DNA of 64,000 nt, taken from the NCBI GenBank assembly GCA_049323295.1, contig JBMOON010000050.1, forward strand, positions 344,790 through 408,789, given 5' to 3'. The notes under the pieces are model-generated. The model ran no database searches. It worked only from the letters and a program-made list of their open reading frames with translations, and was not told the origin of the DNA. Source of the stretch: Pseudomonadota bacterium. Lineage in GTDB: Bacteria; Pseudomonadota; Gammaproteobacteria; Pseudomonadales; JADFDG01. Each line of letters begins with the position of its first letter. Positions within the stretch are counted from its first letter, which is position 1. The position numbers and the translations under genes are program-made. Below, piece after piece: positions 46,728-55,280 of this stretch.

Positions 46728-47941
46728 AAAATCCAGGCCGGATTTCCGGCGCGGTCGCCATGGCGGCCGGGTCCCTGCTCGGCAGCCACGCGGTTGCCGG
46801 CGACGGGAAATGGCAACTCGACACTTCGTTGATGTATTACGGCGAAACGGATCGCGTGACGGCGGTGGAGCCGGTGCTGAACGCACGCCGCGAACTCGGC
46901 GAGGACGAGTTCCTCAACGTGAAGATGGTTCTGGATTCGCTGACCGGCGCTTCGCACAACGGCGCCCCGGTGCGACCCCGGGTGCAGACCTTCACCAGCC
47001 CGAGCGGCCACAAGACCTACGACGTGCCCGCCAATACCGTGCCGCTGGACGAATCGTTCAAGGACACGCGCGGCAACGTTGCCCTGTCCTGGGAGCGCCC
47101 GCTGGCCAATCCGCTGTGGCGTTCGACGCTCGGCACCAATGTGTCTTCCGAATTCGATTTCTTCTCGTTCGGTGTCAACGGCAGTCTGGCCCGCGACTTC
47201 AACCGGCGTAACACCACGGTCACCGGCGGCCTGTCGGTCGAGAGCGATGTCATCAGCCCGGTCGGCGGCGTGCCGGTTCCGCTGGCGCCGGTCAACATCG
47301 CGTCGCCGGACAGTGCGAAGGACGGCAGCGAGGAAACCCGGACCGTCACCGACGTGCTGCTGGGCGTGACCCAGGTGCTGGGACGCAACACCATCGCGCA
47401 GCTGAACTACAGCCTGAGCATGTCGAGCGGTTATCACAACGACCCGTACAAGGTGGTGGCCGACGACAGCGTGACGGCAGCGCCGGGCTCGTTCTACTAC
47501 GAGTCGCGGCCGGACAGCCGCACCAAGCATGCGCTGTACGGCGAGCTGAAACACGCGCTACCGAACCGCGACGTGGTCGATGCGTCCTACCGCTTCATGA
47601 CCGATGACTGGGGTATCGTTTCGCATACCGTCGACCTGCACTACCGGCATTTCCTGCGCGCCGACTGGTTCGTCGAGCCGCACGTCCGCTGGTACGCACA
47701 GGGCGAGGCCGACTTCTGGACCGAAGCCCTGCCGGCGGCGCCGGCGCCCGGCGATTTCGCGTCCGGCGATTACCGGCTGGGTGCGCTGACCGACACCACG
47801 TTCGGCGCGAAAATCGGCAAGCGTCTCGGCGAAGACCGCGAGATCAGCATGCGCGTCGAATCCTTCCAGCAGAGCGGCGACACCGAGGCAGCGGACGTCT
47901 CGGCGCTGATCCTGGAGTTCGGGTACAGTTTCCGCTGGTGA
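46718..47941 (+). CDS. DUF3570-like predicted outer-membrane beta-barrel protein
   Basis: ATG at 46718 (the track begins at TTG 46712), with GGAGG 7 nt upstream; it overlaps the preceding gene by 10 nt. It has a signal peptide, an alternating amphipathic pattern and the C-terminal beta-signal LILEFGYSFRW. It also contains DSLTGAS at 46934-46954. Confidence 0.8.
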   Translation: MQLKNPGRISGAVAMAAGSLLGSHAVAGDGKWQLDTSLMYYGETDRVTAVEPVLNARRELGEDEFLNVKMVLDSLTGASHNGAPVRPRVQTFTSPSGHKTYDVPANTVPLDESFKDTRGNVALSWERPLANPLWRSTLGTNVSSEFDFFSFGVNGSLARDFNRRNTTVTGGLSVESDVISPVGGVPVPLAPVNIASPDSAKDGSEETRTVTDVLLGVTQVLGRNTIAQLNYSLSMSSGYHNDPYKVVADDSVTAAPGSFYYESRPDSRTKHALYGELKHALPNRDVVDASYRFMTDDWGIVSHTVDLHYRHFLRADWFVEPHVRWYAQGEADFWTEALPAAPAPGDFASGDYRLGALTDTTFGAKIGKRLGEDREISMRVESFQQSGDTEAADVSALILEFGYSFRW

Positions 47942-47968
47942 TGCCGGTGCCGGCCGCAGGGAGAGGCG

Positions 47969-48628
47969 ATGCGCGTATTGCTGGTGGAGGACGACGAGCT
48001 GCTCGGCGACGGCCTGCGCACGGCGCTGCTGCGCACCGGCCATGCCGTCGACTGGCTGAAGGACGGCGAGCACGCGCGCCAGGCCGTTGACGGCGAGGGT
48101 GCGGAACACTGGGACGTTGTCCTGCTCGATCTCGGGTTGCCGCGCCGTGACGGCATGGAAGTGCTGCGGACCATCCGCCGCCGGTCTGCCGTGCCGGTGC
48201 TGGTGATGACGGCGCGCGACCAGGTCGATGACCGGGTGCAGGGACTGGACGCGGGTGCCGACGATTATCTCGTCAAGCCGTTCGACATCGCGGAACTCGA
48301 GGCCCGTCTGCGTGCCGTCAGCCGCCGGCGCGCGGGACGCGCGACCGACGAGCTCCGCTGTGGCGACCTGCGGTTGCTGCCGGCAGCGCAGGAGGCATTC
48401 TGGCGTGGCGAACGCATCGATCTGACCCGGCGCGAGTACATGCTGCTGTCGACGCTGGTCGACAACGCCGGCCGCGTGCTCACCCGCGACCGCCTCGAGC
48501 AGGCGCTGTACGGCTGGGGCGACGACGTCGACAGCAACGCACTCGAAGTCCACATCCATCATCTGCGGCGCAAGCTGGCACCGGATTTCATCCGCACGGT
48601 GCGCGGCGTCGGTTATTCGGTGGGCTGA
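47969..48628 (+). CDS. OmpR/PhoB-family response regulator (QseB/PmrA-like)
   Basis: 219 aa. The receiver (MRVLLVEDDELL, VVLLDLGLPRRDG, DDYLVKPF) is followed by a winged-helix domain (LTRREYMLLSTL, IRTVRGVGY). Confidence 0.92.
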   Translation: MRVLLVEDDELLGDGLRTALLRTGHAVDWLKDGEHARQAVDGEGAEHWDVVLLDLGLPRRDGMEVLRTIRRRSAVPVLVMTARDQVDDRVQGLDAGADDYLVKPFDIAELEARLRAVSRRRAGRATDELRCGDLRLLPAAQEAFWRGERIDLTRREYMLLSTLVDNAGRVLTRDRLEQALYGWGDDVDSNALEVHIHHLRRKLAPDFIRTVRGVGYSVG

Positions 48629-50076
48629 TGGCCGCCGGATCGCGCTTCTCCATCCGCCGTTACCTGCTGGCCACGCTGCTGGCGCTGCTGGTGCTCGGCA
48701 TGGGCGTGGCCGGCGTGCTGGCCTACCGGGCCGCGCTGTCGGAAGTCGAGGAGTTGTTCGACGCGCAGCTGGCGCAATCGGCGCGGGTGCTGATCGCCAC
48801 TCTGGCCACCGGCCCGCTGCCGGGCGAGGCAACCGGCGAGCCGGTCGTGTTTCCGGCCTGGCGACCGGCGCCGGGCGCGCTGCCTGCCGCGCCGGCGACC
48901 GGTGCCGCGGCGATCGCCGACGACGAAGCCACGCCATCCGGTCATCGTTACGAGACGCGACTGCTGTTCCAGGTGTGGCGGGGTGCGGGCGAGCGGTTGC
49001 TGATGCGTTCCTCGAACGCGCCGGAGCGACCGCTGGTGGCGTTCACCCCGGGTTATGCGCAGATCTGGATCGGCGACGAGCGCTTCCATGTCTTCGTGCT
49101 CGAGCACGACGGAGTCTGGCTGCAGGCCGCGCAGGACGATTACATGCGCGACGAGCTGGCAGGCGACATCGCGCAGGCGACGCTGCTGCCTTACCTGCTT
49201 GCCGTACCGTTGATGGCGCTGTCGATCTGGTGGCTGGTGAGCCGCGGCCTGCGGCCGCTCGACCGCCTGCGTGCGGCGCTCGCCGGGCGGGGCGTCGGCA
49301 ATCTGGCGCCGCTGTCGGCCGCCGGCGGCAGCACCGAGCTGCAGCCGCTGGTCGACGAGCTCAACCGGCTGCTCGCCCGGCTGCACGATTCGTTCGCCCG
49401 CGAACGACGCTTCACCGCCGATGCGGCGCACGAGCTGCGCACGCCGCTGGCGGCGCTGCGCGTGCAGGCAGAAAATGCCGCCGCCGCCACCGACGAAACG
49501 GCGCGGCGCCGGGCGCTGGATAACCTGCTGCACGGCGTCGACCGGGCGAGCCGGCTGGTTTCGCAGATGCTCATCATGGCGCGCCTGGAACCGGAAGACG
49601 TGGCGCGCTCGTTCGTGGCGGTACCGGTCGGCACCCTGGTCCGCGAGGAACTCGCCGCGCTTGCGCCGCTGGCGCTGGCGCGCGGCCAGGAGCTGGATTT
49701 TCTCGACGAATCGGCCGGGCTCGCGGTGCCGGGTGATGCGCCGGCCCTCGGCATCCTGGTGCGCAATCTGGTGGACAACGCGTTGCGTTATTCGCCGCCG
49801 GGCTCGCTGGTGCGGGTGCTGTTGCGGCCGGTGGAGCCGCGACAGCTCGAACTGCGGGTGCTCGACGAGGGTCCGGGCGTGCCGCCGGCGCTGGGTGAGC
49901 GGGTATTCGAACGCTTCTTCCGCGGCGACAGCGGCGACGGCGACGGTGCCGGCCTCGGTCTTGCCATCGTGCGCCGCATCGTCCAGCTGCACGGCGGCGC
50001 AGTGTCGGTGCTGCCGCGGCAGGGCACGCTGCCCGGCGGTTTCCGGGTCGTGCTGCCGGCAGTGGCGACACCGTGA
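48628..50076 (+). CDS. Sensor histidine kinase (QseC-like, two TM with periplasmic loop)
   Basis: 482 aa. The start overlaps the regulator stop (TGATG). It has an H-box (FTADAAHELRTPLAAL) plus N, G1 and G2 boxes (LVDNALRYSP, DEGPGV, GAGLGLAIV). Confidence 0.9.
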   Translation: MAAGSRFSIRRYLLATLLALLVLGMGVAGVLAYRAALSEVEELFDAQLAQSARVLIATLATGPLPGEATGEPVVFPAWRPAPGALPAAPATGAAAIADDEATPSGHRYETRLLFQVWRGAGERLLMRSSNAPERPLVAFTPGYAQIWIGDERFHVFVLEHDGVWLQAAQDDYMRDELAGDIAQATLLPYLLAVPLMALSIWWLVSRGLRPLDRLRAALAGRGVGNLAPLSAAGGSTELQPLVDELNRLLARLHDSFARERRFTADAAHELRTPLAALRVQAENAAAATDETARRRALDNLLHGVDRASRLVSQMLIMARLEPEDVARSFVAVPVGTLVREELAALAPLALARGQELDFLDESAGLAVPGDAPALGILVRNLVDNALRYSPPGSLVRVLLRPVEPRQLELRVLDEGPGVPPALGERVFERFFRGDSGDGDGAGLGLAIVRRIVQLHGGAVSVLPRQGTLPGGFRVVLPAVATP

Positions 50077-50966
50077 ACGACTGGCAAGTGGTATCCGTCG
50101 GCGGCCGCCTGCACGGCCGTTTCTCCGCCATGGCCAGTCCCTGCGAAATCCTGGCGCACGGTGCCGACGAGAACATGCTGGCGCGCCTGACCGCGCTGGC
50201 GCATGGAGAAGCGATCCGCATCGAACGCAAGTTCAGCCGCTATCGCGACGACAGCGTGCTGGCGCGGATCCATGCCGGCAACGGCAACGCGGTGCCGATC
50301 GACGACGAGACCTGGCGTCTGCTGCAGTACGCGGACGAGCTTTACCGCTTGTCGGACGGGCTTTTCGACATCACCTCCGGCGTGCTGCGCCGCGCCTGGA
50401 AATTCGACGGTTCCGATCGAGTACCGTCGGCGGCGCAGGTGGCGGAACTGCTGCCGCTGATCGGCTGGTCGCGCGTGCAGTGGGACCGGACGTCGATCCG
50501 CCTCGCGCCGGGCATGCAGATCGATTTCGGCGGCATCGGCAAGGAATATGCGGTCGACCGCGCGCTCGCGCTGCTGGCGGCGGAATTCCGCGGCCCGCTG
50601 CTGGTGAATTTCGGCGGCGACCTCGCAGCCGCCGCCGGCGACACCGCTGCAGGCGTACCGGCGCACGAATGGAGTGTCGGCATCGAGGCGGCGGACGGCG
50701 GCCGCGAAGGCGTCATCCGGCTGCGGTCCGGCGGTATCGCCACCAGCGGCGATGCACGTCGTTTCCTGCTGAAGGACGGCGTACGCTACGGCCACATCCT
50801 CGACCCGCGTACCGGCTGGCCGGTGCCGCAGGCGCCGCGGTCGGTGACGGTGATGGCGCGCACCTGCCTGGAAGCCGGTACCCTGTCGACCCTGGCGATG
50901 CTGCAGGGGGCGGGAGCGGAGGCCTTTCTCGCCGCCCAGGACTTGCCGTACCGGATCCAGCGCTGA
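50073..50966 (+). CDS. apbE: FAD:protein FMN transferase (ApbE family), no recognisable signal peptide
   Basis: 297 aa. The GTG start overlaps the kinase stop (GTGA). ApbE motifs are present: FSRYRDDSVLARIH, LFDITSG, DFGGIGKEYAVD, GIATSGD and HILDPRTG. Confidence 0.85.
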   Translation: MNDWQVVSVGGRLHGRFSAMASPCEILAHGADENMLARLTALAHGEAIRIERKFSRYRDDSVLARIHAGNGNAVPIDDETWRLLQYADELYRLSDGLFDITSGVLRRAWKFDGSDRVPSAAQVAELLPLIGWSRVQWDRTSIRLAPGMQIDFGGIGKEYAVDRALALLAAEFRGPLLVNFGGDLAAAAGDTAAGVPAHEWSVGIEAADGGREGVIRLRSGGIATSGDARRFLLKDGVRYGHILDPRTGWPVPQAPRSVTVMARTCLEAGTLSTLAMLQGAGAEAFLAAQDLPYRIQR

Positions 50967-51007
50967 ACGGCGATCGTGTCGCCGTCCGGCAACGACAGTC
51001 GTATGGA

Positions 51008-51952
51008 ATGCCGTTCATGGAACAGCCACCCGGCGAAAACCGTCTCGAAACCTTTCTGCTCGACAGTGCCGCGCGACCGCGCCGCGGTACCGGGCGCTGG
51101 TTGCCGCGCATCCTGCTGGTGCTGGGCCTGCTGGCGCTGATGTTCGGCGGCTGGTGGAGCCGCGAGCCGGCCGTGCCCGATGGCCGGGTGCCGCCGGATG
51201 CGGCGCCGGGCGTCGCCGTCACGGCGGCGCTGGTCGCCACCGTGCGCACGCTGCTGGAGAAGCCGGGCGGCTTCCTGGCCAACGATGCGCTGCCGCCGGG
51301 CGTGCTGCTCGACAACATGCCGGCCTTCGAGAACGGCGCGCTGGCCGCTTCGCGCACCCTGCTGCGGGCACTGCGCCGCGATTTCAGCCGTGCGCAGACG
51401 CAGTCGGTCGAGGATCCCGATCTGCTGCGCGCCGAACCGCGACTGAACTTCGACAGCGGCAGCTGGCTGGTGCCGTCGGCGGAAAGCGAATACGGCGATG
51501 CGCTGGCGGCACTCGAAAACTATCTGGCACGCCTGCAGATGTCTCCGCCGGGTGCGCGGTTCCAGGCGCGTGCCGACAACCTCGGGCGCTGGCTCGACGA
51601 GGTCGGCGCGCAGCTGGACGAACAGGGACGCCTGCTGGCGACCGCCCGCCACGACACGCCCTGGCTGGCGATCGACGACCGTTTCTATTTCACGCGCGGC
51701 TATTGCTGGGCGCTGCGGGCGCAACTGCTGGCACTGCGCCGCGACTTCGCGACCACGCCGGCACTCGATGCCGGTTTCGCCGCCGCCCTGCATGCGCTCG
51801 ACGGTACGCAGCAGCCGGTGACCAGCCCGCTGATCCTGAACGGCGGTGAATACGGCGTGCTTGCCAACCACTCGCTGGTCATGGCCGGTCATGTCGGGCG
51901 TGTCGCGGCCGCCCTGCGACAGCTGCGCGTACCGGGGCCGGCGGGCGACTGA
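51008..51952 (+). CDS. DUF2333-like protein with N-terminal TM anchor
   Basis: In-frame ATG at 51008 (alternative 51017) within track ORF 49271..51952. The TM is WLPRILLVLGLLALMFGGWW. The family call rests on the conserved stretch GGFLANDALPPGVLLDNMPAFENG and is from memory. Confidence 0.72.
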   Translation: MPFMEQPPGENRLETFLLDSAARPRRGTGRWLPRILLVLGLLALMFGGWWSREPAVPDGRVPPDAAPGVAVTAALVATVRTLLEKPGGFLANDALPPGVLLDNMPAFENGALAASRTLLRALRRDFSRAQTQSVEDPDLLRAEPRLNFDSGSWLVPSAESEYGDALAALENYLARLQMSPPGARFQARADNLGRWLDEVGAQLDEQGRLLATARHDTPWLAIDDRFYFTRGYCWALRAQLLALRRDFATTPALDAGFAAALHALDGTQQPVTSPLILNGGEYGVLANHSLVMAGHVGRVAAALRQLRVPGPAGD

Positions 51953-51954
51953 CC

Positions 51955-53907
51955 ATGGTCGTGACGACCGGGCTGCACGAAGCGCTGGAACGCATCGCGG
52001 CGACGGGCGATGCCGATGCGCTGGGCAGTCTGTTGCCGGCGCTGCGCCGTGCCGAGGGCGAACAGGCCGGTGCCGGCATCGACGCGCTCTGCCATTTCCT
52101 CGAGCACTACCCGGCGTACCGCAAGGCGCTGCGGTACCTGCTCTGCCGGCTGCTCGGCGACGACAGTGCGCCGGCGTTGTATGCCGAAACCGGCATCCTC
52201 GCCAACACCGGCTTCGTCACCGAATTCGGTCGTCGCCTGCTCGGCAAGGTGTTGCCGCCGCCGCGCGACGACAGTCTGCGCGGTCGTTTCCACGGCTGGT
52301 TCGACGACGGCGACGCTGCGGAGTGGATCGCGGCCGTGCCTGCCGCTGCGTGGTGCCGGCTGCATGCCGCACTGCGTTTCGACGAGGACGAGCCTGCCGC
52401 ATGGCGCCCGGCACGACTCGGGCTGGTCGAGGCGCTGGCCGTGCTGTCGGTGCGAGTGGCAGCGGTCGGCGTCGAGCCGGAGCTGTTGCGGCACTACCGC
52501 GTGCCGCGCGACCACGGCAATCCTTTCCTCGCGCAGAGTGCCGAACTGCAGCGCTGGCTCGATGCCTGGCGCGCGGGAGCGGAACTGCCGGATGCGCGCC
52601 AGCTGGACGTGCTGCTGGCACAGTGCGTCGACGTGGCCGACAAGGTGCGGCGCGCCGCGCATCGTGAAGGCGCCAGTTTCCGGCTGACGTTCGTGTTGCG
52701 CCGGCTGGCGCAGCTGCTGGCGCGGATGCGTACGCTGATCGGCCTGCTGGCCGCCGGTCCCGTGCCGACGCCGGCCCTCGTGCAGGCGCGCGCGGCGCTG
52801 GCGGTCGAGCTGGTTGTCGCCGAAGCGGCCGACCACGGCATCCGGGAACATTTGCGCTCCGGCTCCGAGCTGGTCGCATTGCAGGTCACCGAGCACGCGA
52901 GCCGGACCGGCGAGCACTACATCACCGTCGATCGTCGCGAGTATCTGGCGATGTGGCGGGCGGCGCTGGGCGCCGGCGGCATCATCGGCATCATGGCGCT
53001 GGTCAAGACGCTGCTCGCCGGCCTGCACCTGCCGCCGCTGGTCGAGGCGCTGGCGTTCAGTCTCAACTACGCCGCCGGTTTCGTACTCATCTATGCGCTG
53101 CGTTTCACCATCGCCACGAAACAACCGGCGATGACGGCGCAGACCATCGCCGCGCAGCTGTCGTCCGGCCGCCGGACCGATGTCGATGCCGTGGCGCTGC
53201 TGGTATCGCGGGTGGCGCGCACCCAGTTCGTGGCCGTGCTGGGCAACGTCATGCTGGCGATGCCGGCGGCCTTTGCGGTGACCTGGCTGGCGGTGACGCT
53301 GGGCGCGGCCGCTCCGGCCGCCAAGGTGCCGGTCCTGCTGCAGGATCTCGACGTGCTGGCCAGTCCGGCGCTGTTCCATGCGGCGATTGCCGGTGTGTGG
53401 TTGTTCTGCGCCGGTCTGGTGTCCGGTTATGTCGACAATCTGGCCGCCTACGAGCGGCTGGCCGACCGGGTGCGCGCCATGCGCATGCTGCGCTCGCTGG
53501 GCGCCGGCCGACACGAGCGACTGGCCTGCTGGCTGCAGGACCACACCGGCGGCGTTGCCGGCAATCTGTTCTTCGGCTTTGCGCTCGGCATGACGGGTTT
53601 CGTCGGCATGATCCTCGGGCTGCCCCTCGACATCCGGCATGTGACGTTCGCGGCTGCCAATCTGGCGATTGCCTGGGTCGGCAGCGGGCTGGCGCTGCCG
53701 GCCGGCGTGATCCTGGTGTCGCTGGCCGGCGTGGCGCTGATCGCGCTGACCAACGTGGCCGTGAGTTTCGGTCTGGCGCTGTGGCTGGCCCTGCGCGCAC
53801 GCGGACAGGGCTTCGACAACTTCGGGCTGCTCGTCGCGGCGTTGTGGCGCCGCTTCCGGCTGGCGCCGCTGGCCTTCGTGCTGCCGCCGCGCCACGAGAA
53901 ATCCTGA
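51955..53907 (+). CDS. Polytopic membrane protein of the family historically annotated site-specific recombinase (PF10136-like)
   Basis: 650 aa, starting 2 nt after the preceding stop. A soluble N-terminal half is followed by at least 6 predicted TMs in the C-terminal half. It has no Tyr- or Ser-recombinase motifs. The family call is from memory. Confidence 0.72.
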   Translation: MVVTTGLHEALERIAATGDADALGSLLPALRRAEGEQAGAGIDALCHFLEHYPAYRKALRYLLCRLLGDDSAPALYAETGILANTGFVTEFGRRLLGKVLPPPRDDSLRGRFHGWFDDGDAAEWIAAVPAAAWCRLHAALRFDEDEPAAWRPARLGLVEALAVLSVRVAAVGVEPELLRHYRVPRDHGNPFLAQSAELQRWLDAWRAGAELPDARQLDVLLAQCVDVADKVRRAAHREGASFRLTFVLRRLAQLLARMRTLIGLLAAGPVPTPALVQARAALAVELVVAEAADHGIREHLRSGSELVALQVTEHASRTGEHYITVDRREYLAMWRAALGAGGIIGIMALVKTLLAGLHLPPLVEALAFSLNYAAGFVLIYALRFTIATKQPAMTAQTIAAQLSSGRRTDVDAVALLVSRVARTQFVAVLGNVMLAMPAAFAVTWLAVTLGAAAPAAKVPVLLQDLDVLASPALFHAAIAGVWLFCAGLVSGYVDNLAAYERLADRVRAMRMLRSLGAGRHERLACWLQDHTGGVAGNLFFGFALGMTGFVGMILGLPLDIRHVTFAAANLAIAWVGSGLALPAGVILVSLAGVALIALTNVAVSFGLALWLALRARGQGFDNFGLLVAALWRRFRLAPLAFVLPPRHEKS

Positions 53908-53919
53908 GCGGTGCGGCGG

Positions 53920-53956
53920 AAACGAAAAAGCCGCGCATCGCGCGGCTTTTTCGTTT
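53920..53956. terminator. Strong bidirectional Rho-independent terminator
   Basis: The sequence is aaacgaaaaagccgcgc-atc-gcgcggctttttcgttt: a perfect 17-bp stem including A/T runs on both sides. It lies between the convergent PF10136-like gene and ppa. Confidence 0.8.
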
Positions 53957-53968
53957 GACCCGGAAGAC

Positions 53969-54496
53969 TTATTTCTTCGCGGCCTTGATCGCTTTCTCGA
54001 TCTCGACCTTCGCGTCGGCGGCGTTGCCCCAGCGCTCGACCTTCACCCACTTGCCGGGTTCCAGGTCCTTGTAGTTCTCGAAGAAGTGCTGGATCTGCTG
54101 CGGCAGCAGCGGCTGCAGGTCGGCCACTTCCTTCACGTTCTTGTACAGCGCCGACAGCTTGTCGTGCGGTACGGCGATCAGCTTGGCGTCGCCGCCGGCT
54201 TCGTCGTTCATGAACAGGATGCCGATCGGGCGGCAGCGGACCACCGAACCCGGCGCCACCGGATACGGCGTCACGACCAGCACGTCCAGCGGATCACCGT
54301 CGTCGCCCAGCGTGTTCGGGATGTAGCCGTAGTTGGCCGGATAGAACATCGGGGTGGCCATGAAACGGTCGACGAACAGGGCGTGGCTTTCCTTGTCGAT
54401 CTCGTACTTGATCGGGCTGGAGTTGGCCGGGATCTCGATGACCACGTAGATGTCGTCGGGCGGGGCCTTGCCGGGCGTAACCTTGGTGAAATCCAT
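53969..54496 (-). CDS. ppa: Inorganic pyrophosphatase (family I)
   Basis: 175 aa with [39 protein letters not shown] and [12 protein letters not shown], the canonical family I PPase motifs. Confidence 0.96.
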   Translation of the reverse strand: MDFTKVTPGKAPPDDIYVVIEIPANSSPIKYEIDKESHALFVDRFMATPMFYPANYGYIPNTLGDDGDPLDVLVVTPYPVAPGSVVRCRPIGILFMNDEAGGDAKLIAVPHDKLSALYKNVKEVADLQPLLPQQIQHFFENYKDLEPGKWVKVERWGNAADAKVEIEKAIKAAKK

Positions 54497-54581
54497 GGGA
54501 ATCTCTCGTTGTCGGTAGGGCGAGGGGGTATCGGCGGGCGCGGATTATAGACCGGGAGTCCCGCTCCGGCAGGCCTGCCGG

Positions 54582-55247
54582 TCAGAGGGTTTCGTCGGCG
54601 CCGCGGCCCTGGCCGATGGCCAGGGCCTCGTTCCACTGCAGCATGATGTCGGTGAGCTGCCAGATCTGGCGGTCCAGGCTCTGCAGTTCATCCACGGTGT
54701 TCTTCTCGCCGCGGAAGATCTCTACCTGCCGCAGCTCCTTCGACAGCGGGTGGTCCGGGTGTTCCATGCGGTACACCTCGAGTTTCCAGCGCGTGTTGTG
54801 CGCCACCATGCGCCAGAACGCCAGCTTGGTCGGCAACTTGATGCGCTGGAAGTTGGTCAGGTCGCCGAAGGGCGTGAAGTCGGTACCGAACAGCATCACC
54901 TTGGACACTTTCGGATCGGCGACGATGGTGGCGGTGCGCGGCGTGCGGCACAGCAGCGACAGGGCGCCGAACACCTGGCCGGCAGACAGGTAGTTCACGG
55001 CCGGGCGCGCGAGGTCGCCGTCCGGATACACCACCAGCTGGCCGCGGAGCAGGAAGTAGAACGTTTCCGCCCGGTCGCCCTTGCGGACCACGATTTCGCC
55101 CGGCGTAGGCTCGAAGATGCGCGAGAAGCGCAGCAGCGTGTCGGTCTGCTCGCGGCTTTCCAGCATCAGGTCCTTGAAGAACGGAATGCCCGAGAGCAGG
55201 GTATCCAGCGTATCTGCCGGATAGGCGGTGAGCGCCAGCGTTTTCAT
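54582..55247 (-). CDS. Cyclic-nucleotide-binding domain protein with uncharacterised C-terminal half
   Basis: 221 aa. The CNB fold (IPFFKDL, GEIVVRKGDRAETFYFLLRGQL) has a variant phosphate-binding cassette, FGALSLLCRTPRTATIVA, in which Ala replaces the usual Glu. The gene follows pfk after 33 nt. Confidence 0.8.
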   Translation of the reverse strand: MKTLALTAYPADTLDTLLSGIPFFKDLMLESREQTDTLLRFSRIFEPTPGEIVVRKGDRAETFYFLLRGQLVVYPDGDLARPAVNYLSAGQVFGALSLLCRTPRTATIVADPKVSKVMLFGTDFTPFGDLTNFQRIKLPTKLAFWRMVAHNTRWKLEVYRMEHPDHPLSKELRQVEIFRGEKNTVDELQSLDRQIWQLTDIMLQWNEALAIGQGRGADETL

Positions 55248-55280
55248 CGGTCGACTCCTGTCTTCGGGATGGTGCCGGGC

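Noticed and set aside
51955-53907. Possible mobile element, because this protein family is often annotated as a site-specific recombinase.
   Set aside because: The protein is largely a polytopic membrane protein with no Tyr- or Ser-recombinase motifs. There are no flanking inverted or direct repeats, att-like sites or tRNA, and it is translationally coupled to its neighbour within a long operon.
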